From Mytilus edulis (Eukaryota): DNA of 64,000 nt. Positions 52,600 through 64,000 of the stretch are shown here, piece by piece (position 1 is the stretch's first letter; each line of letters begins with the position of its first letter). The translations under genes were made by a program, and so were the position numbers. The notes below the pieces were generated by a model. That model made no database searches. It was not told the origin of the DNA and saw only the letters and a program-made list of their open reading frames with translations. The stretch covers positions 74,152,001 to 74,216,000 of the forward strand of contig NC_092344.1 of the NCBI RefSeq assembly GCF_963676685.1. Reading direction: 5' to 3'.

Positions 52600-52753
52600 C
52601 TGCAAATTCAGGAAAACAGAGTGTAAGTGCGGATTTCTTAATTTTCTCTTCAAATAAATCTTTCTTGTTGAGGAAAAGGATGATTGATGTATCTGTAAAC
52701 CATTTGTTGTTACATATTGAATCAAACAATTTCATACTCTCCATCATACGGTT
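52600..52753 (-). CDS. GNAI: G-protein alpha-i subunit, exon 7 equivalent (154 bp, NKKD motif)
   Basis: [51 protein letters not shown](G); overlaps ORF 52520..52747; tttacag and gtaagt splice sites. Confidence 0.98.
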
Positions 52754-53697
52754 CTGTAAATATATAAATCTTTCATTTAATATATCTCTTGGATTTTTAT
52801 ATACACAACCTTAAAGGCTTCCTGTATTTAGGAATGCCAGAAAATCCTTCTATAAACCAGACAGCTATGAAAATTTAAAAATTCTTTAAGTGAAACATGT
52901 GAAAAGTTAATTTTTTGCTTTTAAAGGGATATCAAAACAGCTGGATATTGCATTGCTATGGAATAGCTTTGTTTTACCTTAAGTGGTGATCATTGTTGGG
53001 CAGATATATATATAAATCTAATGTGTATTTTACTCAAGGAAGGCACTAAGAAAATTCACTTTTTCTGTCATTGAATATGAATTTTTTTTTCTGTCATTTT
53101 ACTTTGATGTGTATTATTTCCATTATGTTATATATATAAGCATTGTCATATATATATTGCCGAGGTAAATATGCAGTTTCTATGAGAACAACCAAAGTGA
53201 ACATCAGTATTTTAAATAAACCCCATAATTATCAAAACAAAAGAAAGTAATTGTTTTATTCCATCATGTCCATATCCCAAGAAAAATGATTTAATGCAGA
53301 TTATTTACCAAAACCAATTGTTACACATACATTTTAGTTATTATACATTTAGAACCATACCATGTTTAGCATGTGATTATCACTTTGTTTAGGTGATTAT
53401 GCCGTTTATTTAAAAGTACAATTCATATAGAAAATCCTACAAAGGTAATTTCACTTTGGAATAATAAACATTTATTTCCCATTCCTGAGGGAGATATGAA
53501 GATTTGTTCAATTTTGTTGAATAATTACATTTATTTTCTGTCTACTTTTTATATAATGTGATAATTTATACTGTTTATGTAACTATAATTTAAACTGTGA
53601 TTTTCAGGTGTGTTCAGTAAGAATACAATTATACTTTGAACTGTGTTATTTCCGGTATGATATGATTTTTTTCCTTTATTTTATCTCTTTACACATG

Positions 53698-54330
53698 TAA
53701 CTGTGTTACATGTATTTCGCTATGTTTTCAGTAACAATATTTAGAACTGTGTTATCTCCCCATGTTTTCAGTAACAATACTTAGAACTGGGTAATCTTCC
53801 CATGTTTTCAGTAACAATACTTAGAACTGTGTGCTATGTTTTCTCCAACAACACATAGAACTGTGTTATGTCCCTTTGTTTTCTTTCACAATAGTTAGAA
53901 CTGTTATTTCACTATGTTTTCAGTAATAATATTTAGAACTGTGTTATTTCCCTTTGTTTTTTTTCACAATACTTATAACTGTGTTATTATGCCCCACCTA
54001 CGATAGTAGAGGGGCATTATGTTTTCTGGTCTGTGCGTCCGTTCGTCCGTCCGTTCGTTCGTCCGTTCGTTCGTCCGTTCGTCCGTCTGTCCCGCTTCAG
54101 GTTAAAGTTTTTGGTCGAGGTAGTTTTTGATGAAGTTGAAGTCCAATCGACTTCAAACTTGGTACACATGTTCCCTATGATATGATCTTTCTAATTTTTA
54201 TGCCAAATTAGAGATTTTACCCCAATTTCACGGTCCACTGAACATAGAAAATGATAGTGCGAGTGGGGCATTCGTGTACTGAGGACACATTCTTGTTTTA
54301 TTATGTTTTCAGTAACAATATTTTGTTATA
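53698..54330. repeat. ~40-bp minisatellite (tgttttcagtaacaatacttagaactgtgttat...) reaching the exon 6 donor
   Basis: About 7 units before the insertion and 1 after. Confidence 0.8.
53987..54297 (-). mobile_element. same element, single-unit copy, inverted
   Basis: Reverse complement of head, core, microsatellite and hairpin; inserted into a ~40-bp minisatellite. Confidence 0.88.
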
Positions 54331-54336
54331 TCCTAC

Positions 54337-54466
54337 CATTTCCTGATCTTCCACCAATGTCAAATCATATTCACTCATGGCTACAATAAATATAATGGCT
54401 GTTACTCCTTCAAAACAATGAATCCATTTCTTTCTCTCTGATCTCTGACCTCCTACATCAAACATT
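54337..54466 (-). CDS. GNAI: G-protein alpha-i subunit, exon 6 equivalent (130 bp, DVGGQ, switch II/III)
   Basis: [43 protein letters not shown]; tttcag and gtagga splice sites. Confidence 0.97.
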
Positions 54467-55589
54467 CTGAAATGAAAACATCAAACTTAACAAAATCTCA
54501 AAATTTCTTTTTATATGCCATGTATGCTGTGAAATATTTCGTTATAAATGGGATTGAAGAATTAATACACCCAATTTAACATATTTCAAAAAGGGATTTA
54601 TGATTATATTGCAATAAATTATTCTAAAGAGTACAGTCAGTTTTAATTTATTTCTGATTCTATCAACACATTATCATAATGTATCCCAACATCCAGCACT
54701 TTTTCTTTGTACATAAATTCAAACCATTTGAACTGTTGAAGTGTAAGGTCATCAAGTTAACATTAATAAGGAAGACAATAAATCAAGACAACAATTTATT
54801 TTCAAGTAGTTTCTATAGGAAAACAAAGATTTTCAAGAATGTTACTGTTTCACATGTTTCACTTCCTTGTAATTTTTCTGACAGAAAAAAATGAAAATCT
54901 GTGATAATACATGTTTTTTGCTAGATTTTCATGATTACTCCTATTGTATTTGTTGATACATGTAGAACATGGCATTCTCATTATGGGAGGAGAGTATGAG
55001 GTATAATGAAATAGAAAAACTACTTTTATGGCAATTTATGCATATAAATTGTTGGGATAGTTATTCAGATGTATGAATGAAGTATTGTGCATCTCATTGA
55101 TAAATTGATACAGATGATGTCATAGCCTAATATTTTTTGGTATACAGTCCTGTTCATGATCAAAGGAAAAATGTACAAATTACTGAATAATTTTTATATC
55201 CTATATTTTTCTACACTAAAAATCATAACGTCTGCATAAAAAAATATAGTTATGGGAATTTGTTTTGAAGTTATAATACTATAGTCGATATTTTTATAGG
55301 TGGAGTCTTCTGTAGTGTAAAAATGCAACAGCAGTTTGTAAACCAGTATACCCACACCATTTGAAGTGGTGGTATAATCAATGTTACAATTTGTAGAGTT
55401 GAAGCATAAAAATCATTAACTCCAAATATGAGCATAGAATATTTTCAGTGGAAATATTCTTCAATAAGGTTAGAAAATTAACTATCTTCTTTTTTTATGT
55501 ATGTACATGTACAAGGCTTTGAGAAATAGGAAATCAACTTGTCAAATATATAGTACAGCATCTATAGTGTACATTGTATTTGTTCCTTA

Positions 55590-55757
<168 letters not shown>

Positions 55758-56374
55758 TTAAAACTTGATAAAATTAAATATATGTACTATCATGACTACA
55801 GTGTGTGTATTATTAGGGTAGTGCACTTTTATCATGTTTATTGACATAAACTAAACATATCTTTTTATTCATACATTGTTGCACATTTTGCAACACTGAA
55901 TCTTTATTTCTAATTATCAAAAGTATTTGCCTGCTGAAACAAATATATATGACCCATACTTTTACGTAATAGGGTCTGGATTTATGGAAGCACAATCATA
56001 TCATACAAGCATGAGCAACACATTAGGTGCCACATGTGGACTAGGATCTGTCTACTCTTTCAGAACACCTGAAATCACCCCCTAGTTTAGAGTGGGGTAC
56101 ATACTGCTCAGCCTTAAGTTTTCTATGTTGCAATTTGTGTACTGTTGTTTGTCTATTTGCCTTTTTATTTTTAGCCACATTATGGTCAGTTTATTTTCAA
56201 CTTATGAGTAGGAATGTCCCATTGGACTCTTTCTCCTTCTAACAAATGCTTTGTTTGATGTTGCCTATCCATACCTTGTCTTTGCTTGTAGGGTGTAGGT
56301 AGATTGGGATGTTTTATGTTTGCTTTCAACATACATGTAAGCTACAGGTTTTAGACAAGCAGGAATAAACTTTT

Positions 56375-56817
56375 AACAAGAATGTGTCCATAGTAAACGA
56401 TTGCCCCACTTGCACTATCATTTTCCATGTTCAATGGACCGTGGAATTGGGTAAAAAATCTAATTTGGCATTAATATTAGAAAGTATATACCAAATGGCA
56501 CATGTGTACTAAATTAAGTTGATTGGACTTCAACCAACTTTATCAAAAACTACCTTGGCCAAAAACTTTAACCTGAAACTGGCACTTCCATTTTCTATAT
56601 TTAGTGGGGTCAAAAGTCTAATTTGGCTTTAAAATTTGAAAGATCATATCATAAGGAACATGTGTACTAAGATTCAAGTTGATTGGACTGCAGCTTCATC
56701 AAAAACTGCCTTGACCAAAAACTTTAACCTGAAGCGGGACAGACAAACAAACGAACGGACGGACGAACAGACCAGAAAATATAATGCCCCTCTACTATCG
56801 TAGGTGGGGCATAAAAA
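56375..56817 (+). mobile_element. same element, two-unit copy
   Basis: Head, two cores, microsatellite, hairpin. Confidence 0.85.
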
Positions 56818-57391
56818 TTTAAATGTTTGTGTCTTTTCCGGAAGGCTGCTTTTTAGGTGGGTAGGTAGGCAACATTAATAAAAAAAAATTGCCTTAAAAC
56901 AAACATGAAAAACTTCTGACTTTTCCACCATGTCCAACATGCATGACATGTGTGCTCCAATAAAAAATAATGCATAACAAAATAAAAAGAAAATTCTGTA
57001 TTTTTTCAAAATAAGTTACATAAATAAAACTACCTGGTAATTATATAAAGTAGAGAGTACCTTTGCCTTAATCAAAATTTGATCAAACATTTTCTGAGGT
57101 GGCAGTCATACTAGTATTGACGCATAAACATGATAAACAACTAATTAATTAGAAAATAATCTTCGTCAGAAATGATGTAAGGAGAAAATAGATGATTATA
57201 TAATGTTATATGTAATTCTACAATTGAAGTGTTGGTTTTTCCATGAAAATAGATTTTAATGTAAATAGATTATAAATGGTAACAAAACAAAACCTTACAA
57301 CCATTTGTAAATTTGTTAATTAGGAGGAAAATTTCATCTTAAGATGTTAGTTTTTAATGATAATCAATTTTCATACAAGTTAAACATGTTA

Positions 57392-58456
57392 AACAAGAGT
57401 GCACACACTGAAATGTCTCGCCTTCTTTACTAATCATTGATATTATGTTGATAGTCCTAAGTATAAAGCTTGATTACAACTGTCACATAAACTTAACATT
57501 AACCAAGATAGCTAAACAAAGACCAATGAACCATGAAAATGAGGTCAAGGTCAGATGAACCATGCCAGGCAGACATGTACAGCTAACAAAGCTTCCATAC
57601 AACAAATATAGTTGACCTATTACTTATAGTTTAAGAAAAATAGACCAAAACACAAAAACTTAACACTGTGCAATGAACCGTGCAATTGAGGTCATGGTCA
57701 AATAAAACCTGCAGGACTGACATATAGATCATAATATATTTCCATACACCAAATATAGTTGACCTTTGGCATATAATATTAGATAAAAAGACCAAACTTA
57801 AAAACTTAACTTTGACCACTGAACCATGAAAATGAGGTCAAGGTCAGATGACATCTGCCCGCTAGACATGTACACCTTACAACCATTCCATACAACAAAT
57901 ATAGTAGACCTATTGCATAAAGTATGAGAAAAACAGACCAAAACACAAAAACTTAACTATAACCACTGAACCATTAAAATGAGGTCAAGGTCAGATGACA
58001 CCTGCCAGTTGGACATGAACACCTTCCAGTCCTTCCATACACCAAATATACTAGCCCTATTACTTATAGTATCTGAGACATGGACTTGACCACCAAAACT
58101 TAACCTTGTTCACTGATCCATGAAATGAGGTCGAGGTCAAGTGAAAACTGTCTGACGGGCATGAGGACCTTGCAAGGTACGCACATACCAAATATAGTTA
58201 TCCTATTACTTATAATAAGAGAGAATTCAACATTACAAAAATTTTGAACTTTTTTTTTTCAAGTGGTCACTGAACCATGAAAATGAGGTCAAGGACATTG
58301 GACATGTGACTGACGGAAACTTCGTAGCATGAGGCATCTATATACAAAGTATGAAGCATCTAGGTCTTTCACCTTCTAAAATATAAACCTTTTAAGAAGT
58401 TAGCTAACGCCCCTATGTCGAGCTTTCTGCAACAAACGTTGCAGGCTCGACAAAAA
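57392..58456 (+). mobile_element. second Helentron-type family, full length with ~150-bp internal repeats
   Basis: Head aacaagagtgcacac; repeated aatgaggtcaaggtca units; terminal hairpin tgtcgagc..ctgcaac/gttgcag..gctcgaca plus aaaa. Confidence 0.8.
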
Positions 58457-59470
58457 TTATCTTTTCATACAGGTTAAAAATTATCTTTTCATAAACTTAA
58501 AATGGGTTTGGTTCCTTTTACCATGTTTACTTATTACTAAGCAAACTTCCTGTTCACATTGATATATGATATACATGTATCTATGAAATAAAGGACATGT
58601 GGTATGCAGGACTGATAGGTGTTAATCCTAAAATTCAACAAAAGACAATTTGCATGTGAAACTCTTCCCGTTAATTCTCAATCTAGTGATAAGTTTTTTT
58701 CAAAAACAACCTTTGCTTCGTTATATATATACAAAAATATTTTCATTGATTTCATCAACAAATAAAGATTCTTATGGGCTACATAATCACATGAAAGTGT
58801 AAATTTCTTAATGTTCAAAAGTCCACAATTAGTTGAACTACTTAACTTATCATGCTTATGGTCTATATATAAAAAAAAGTAATAAAAAATTAAGCAATTG
58901 TCTTTTATACTTCAAGTGTACCATATGATACCACTTTGAGCATCTCTTTATAAAACTTATTTTTAGAATCTATATAAAATAATATTTTGAAGTGATTTTT
59001 TTATCAATAATGATTTCCATCATTCTAGATTTTTAAAAATATGTTTTCACGGAGTTACATTAACTAAAATTAAATTAAAAAGTAGAGGCTAGATAAACTT
59101 TGATAAGAGGTTAATCAAATATTATTTGATGTGACAGTGATACAGTTTATGAACGACACATTGAATATTCCAGGCAAAGCGTGTTTCCTTACTTTTGTCA
59201 AGGTTGTCATTGTGATGACGTTAAGAAAGATGATGCCCATCTTGTGACGTCAGAGAGAAAAGTACAATGTCTTTACTTACATTTGGACTAAAATTCTTCA
59301 GCTATGAATTATGAATTTCGAAAAAAATGAAAAATAAATGATTATAGAAATATCATTAATTTACAATGGTAGAAACCTACAAAAGGCCCCTCCGAAATAA
59401 TCATGACTATACCCTAGAATCATCCAACAACTGTGGGAACAGTTATCCTGACAATTGCTTAAACACTTAC

Positions 59471-59628
59471 TATTCCGCTGAATCATTTAATTGGTATTCT
59501 CTTGATCGACTAAAACATTCCTGTACTCCAGAATCTTTCCAAAGTCTCTTCATGATAGCTGCTAGTTCTGGTGACAGCTCACCCTCATCAGCATTACCCA
59601 TTAAGGCAAATAACTGTCTAGCATCATC
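59471..59628 (-). CDS. GNAI: G-protein alpha-i subunit, exon 4 equivalent (158 bp)
   Basis: Translates [52 protein letters not shown](Y); ttttcag acceptor and gtaagt donor; 158 bp matches the conserved Gi exon 4 size. Confidence 0.97.
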
Positions 59629-59744
59629 CTGAAAATGATCAAAGCAAAAACTTCATAACAAACTAAATAAGATATATCATGAGCTACAATAGAAAGTTGA
59701 TGAACAATGGATGTGATTCCAGATCACACAGTACAGCATGCTAA

Positions 59745-60214
59745 AACAAGAATGTGTCCATAGTACACGGATGCCCCATTCGCACCATCATTTTCTATGT
59801 TCAGTGGACCATGAAATTGGGGTCAAATCTTTAATTTGGAATTAAAATTAGAAAGATCATATCATAGGGAACATGTGAACTAAGTTTCAAGTTGATGTAA
59901 CTTTAACTTCATCAAAAACTACCTTGACCAAAAACTTTAACCTGAACTTTGCACTATTATTTTCTATGTTCAGTGGACCATGAAATTGGGGTAAAAACTA
60001 TAATTTGGCATTAAAATTAGAAAGATCATATCATGGGGAACATGTGTATTAAGTTTCAAGTTGATTGGACTTCAGCTTCATCAAAAACTACCTCGACCAA
60101 AAACTTTAACCTGAAGCGAACAGACCCACAGACGGATGGACGAACGGACGGACGAACGGAGGCACAGACCAGAAAACATAATGCCCCTCTACTATCGTAG
60201 GTGGGGCATAAAAA
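59745..60214 (+). mobile_element. same element, two-unit copy
   Basis: Head, two cores, microsatellite, hairpin. Confidence 0.85.
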
Positions 60215-63200
60215 TCACATACCGTATGCATGCAGCTTGAATCCAAATTCCTGATCGCTCTTGTTTTGTAGTTTTTGAGGAGAATTCAATTAAAATTATT
60301 ATTTACAGTATCTGGTAGACTGGACCTTGAGCATGTTGAGATGAGCAATATATGTGAAAACATTTATCATGGTTGAGCATGCTTATAAAAGTCGAATACG
60401 GTTACCATATTGCAGAAAGTTAGTTCTATTACAAATTTGCAGAATATAATTTTTCAACTGTGAAATCTGAGTTTATGTACAAATATACAACTATTGTTAG
60501 AGTGTTAGGACATATATTACACCTTGAAATGCATGTACCATATAGTTAAGAGATTTTATCTGTTGTACATGTACACATATTTTTTTTATATTAGGCAATT
60601 TATGGTGATATATTCAGTGGTCTTGATTGTGACACATTTTGCATTTGGAATAGACAAATTTCTATTTTTATCTGAATCTCCTTTTTTCTATGGTCATTTG
60701 TCACGTTTGTTTCCACATAATTCCACATAACAATACAATTCCATCAAACTTGAACAAACTGGGTTTTCATAAATATATATATACAAAACATTATAATCCA
60801 ATAGTCAACTCCATTTAATTTCAATTTTACATGACATAATTCTGGTTCATTTAACACATTGAATATTTCTAGCCATATAGATATATTATACAAGTGTATT
60901 TCACCCATTATTGACCAAACCAAACCATGTTATTGGACATGTTTCAATACTACCATGTTTATGCCATATATATAATTTAATCTTGTGCAGATTTTTCACA
61001 AAGGAATATGATTTAATTTTTCTATTCTACAGGAATTTTTAATTTCATATCCCTTTGAAAATACAAAGAAATTTCTATCAAGTATTTTTATTGTATACAT
61101 GTATATAGCTCTTTCAAGTATATATTTTTAAAAGTATAAGTAAATAGTCCTGATATTTATTTAGAACACATTTACAAACAGATTAAGTTTTCACACTCCT
61201 AATGCCATAAAGAATTTGATACAAACAATCACAAACTGTGGTTTAAATTTCTAATCCATTCCATCTATTATAATGATTTTGTGTTATTAATATCTACATT
61301 CATACATGTCATAAGGAAGGAAAAGCCTTTTGTATTGGGTACTATGTCATCATTGTCATGTGAATGATCAAACAGGAACTCAAAGGGAAATTACGTAAAT
61401 ACAGGCCCAGGTTCAAATATCCTTACGTATGAATGGAGATTAGAATACTAGTCATTTGCTAGTAGTGTGTTATCATACAAAAAAGATACCCGATTTAAAA
61501 CTTTAAAAAATTCTAAACAAAAATTAATGTAGCATGTGTTTGTGTTTTATTCATGAATTACAATGGCCTAAGCTCTTCCATAAAATTAGCTATTATAAAC
61601 AACAAACACAAAGTTAAGAAAAATATGATTTTGCTAGCATGTGGATTTTTACACCAGAGACATTCTAGTTGAATATTTACTAAATGCAAATATTACAAAG
61701 AATGTATACAATTTAAGGTTTCCTTTGAGCATGGTGTAACATCATGAACATCAATGAATGAAGACTGGGGACGTAATGTTCATATTTAGTAGCTAAATAT
61801 GACTGTGCTAGAATTTGTAATCTCATCAGTTTTGAATTATCTTTGTAATAGTATATAATCGTACAGTAGTGACTGCATGTATGCATTCGTTCTGTGTGAT
61901 TTTTAACTTAATAAAAAAAAAAATCTCAAGAAAGTATAATGAGGTATATTGTAATCCACTTGTATGACTGGAAGCAGTTTTGTAACAAGTTTAAATTACT
62001 TTTATATAAGTCGGTATGCAGTGTTCATTTTCTAATGATGTTATCATGTACTAATTGCTGTTCTTTATATTTGTTATACATTTAATTCAAATTATATAAA
62101 GATCGTAAATGATTATTATTTCTGTATATGATCATTAGAAAACAAAAACATATGACAAATTTATGACCTAATCACAAAATGCTCTTAAAAAAGAAACTGG
62201 GAAACATTCACGATTGAATAGTTTTCCAGCTCTTCACCTGCAAACATGTACATTTGTCATGTTTGTCTAATCATTTGAAAAATCTGGCCTCCCACACAAC
62301 TTTCTTTTTTAATATGTACATTGAAAATACTCTCTCCATACAGCTAGGGCCATCAGCATGATCAGGGTGTACAGAATTGAAAAAAGAAAGTAAATGTCTA
62401 GGGTCACGAAAAAAAAAGAGTAAAATTCTAATCTCATAGTGCAGCCACACCTGTCACTGTGAGTTCAAGGTCAAGGTTAATATCTATACCCTGACCTATT
62501 ATGTTCTTTTAATGAAGTGGTAACTGAAAAAGTAAGCATGAATGAATTTTGTTTAGTGACATACAATTACCTCAGGCATAAATAGTTACAACTGCCAATT
62601 TTATATATATATTGTCACAATGATTTTATACATTTCTAGCCATAGCGTAAACCACAGATTTGTAAATTGTGTACTAATGATCTGCTATACATGCTAAATC
62701 TATACATGTCTTTATTTATTGTATTAGTAACATGAACTGCTTACAAATACTTTTTAAAAAATCCAATTTATTTGATAAAAATCTACATGTAAATTTGTAC
62801 ATCACACCTCCTGTGTATAGTTGTATATAACTTCACAGTTTGAAAACTACTCATTAATAGCTGAACACCATTTTACATTATAATGATGATTTTCGTTTAC
62901 AGAAAATGACAGAAGTTGACATTTGCTACAAATCACAGTCATAAAATTCATCCCCTGGGAATTTCCTAACATACTAGTCAGCTAAAATTGGAAGAAATCA
63001 ATTTTGGTATAATTTTATTGTTTATATTCAGTTCTTTTTTTTTCTGTTTTTTTTTTGTAATATATCATTTTAATTTTAAATCTTTGATTTTTACTACACT
63101 GTTTGAACTTTTCCAAATGATGAGATTAACTGAACAAGATACAATGGAAGGATTGTTGAGTTCCAATTTATAAAATTTTCCTGATTAGGAGCATTCATCG

Positions 63201-63321
63201 GACCCCGCTCTTATTTTGACACCAGTAACATGTTCTATATACATTATGTATACTCAGTTCTTTTTCTCATTTTAATATTGAGTGTAAAAATACTAAAAGA
63301 CAAAATTGATGACTTATATCG

Positions 63322-63501
63322 CAGTGTTCTCCCGAGGGCATTAAAGCAGCGTGGTACTCTGGTGCTATATTTTCTGCCATGGTGCTTATATGATTTTATA
63401 ATAGAGTGTAAAGGGGCTATGGTGCTATATTTTTTGGAAAACCAGTGCTATTTTTATTTCATGATGATGGTGCAGTTTTAAAAATTCTGGGGAGAACACG
63501 G
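63322..63501. mobile_element. small hAT-like MITE
   Basis: TIR cagtgttctccc / gggagaacacgg; internal ggtgctatatttt repeats; no TSD seen. Confidence 0.55.
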
Positions 63502-64000
63502 ACACTCAAGTTTTGTACTGAAGCATAAATGTTAACCTATAATACATGTAATAGTATTACATACTAAAATTACACTCTATCATTGTCTATATGTAAGAGT
63601 TTTCCGGATTAAACCTTTCCATAAGTAGTTATGTCAAGGCTTTACAGTATAAAAGGTTTTTGTAACCATTCCACATTCACCTTGTTCACTACTGCATACA
63701 TGTTTGTTTTAATCTCAAACAAACATGATGATGCAAAATCAGTATCCCTCCCAATGAAAAATTACAATTTTTAGCAACATCATTATTTACAACAGCTACA
63801 CAAGAATTTTATTCAGAAGTGTAAATTCAAATGGAGTATGAAGAAATATCTTCCTCAACAACTATGTTTTTCTTAAGAATTTCAATGTAAAAACTTTCAA
63901 TTATTGATACATTTTGTAATACATGAAATAAGGTTGCATAAAATACCACTTGACTTTTCTTTATCTATCTTCCTGTTTGATAATGAAAAAAGGTATATGA

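Noticed and set aside
59245-59252. TGACGTCA (CRE) sites in Galpha-i introns (also 50542) and TCAAGGTCA near 62465
   Set aside because: Short motifs that recur elsewhere in the window and in repeats; no conservation evidence
59366-59632. Plus-strand ORFs 59366..59632 and 55501..55692
   Set aside because: Antisense shadows of Galpha-i exons
62340-62385. Minus-strand HPDHAD peptide resembling the Gi exon 3/4 junction
   Set aside because: No flanking Gi similarity or suitable splice sites; probably chance, so exon 3 is taken to lie outside the window

Overview
AT-rich, repeat-dense eukaryotic genomic DNA; the repeat families resemble those I recall from Mytilus mussels (inference). The only clearly intact host gene is the 3' part of a heterotrimeric G-protein alpha-i gene on the minus strand: five exons of 158, 129, 130, 154 and 191 bp between 59628 and 50243, all GT-AG, ending NNLKDCGLF*. 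Exons 1-3 were not found in the window. The rest is mobile DNA: (1) 345-370 bp repeats carrying minimal type I hammerhead ribozymes (retrozymes), whose families share a ~60-nt putative pseudoknot sitting right beside their fixed insertion end; (2) a decayed Penelope-like RT; (3) a ~3 kb triple tandem array (22930-31634), each unit with two disrupted Myb/SANT (Harbinger-type) genes and a chimeric middle unit; (4) an internally deleted Harbinger transposon, a Harbinger MITE and a Kolobok/PF20700-like transposase fragment; (5) MITEs with 9-bp TSDs and Helentron-type elements with internal tandem repeats, some forming inverted pairs around Galpha-i exons; (6) a duplicated orphan ORF. All alignments and folds were done by eye, so repeat boundaries are approximate.
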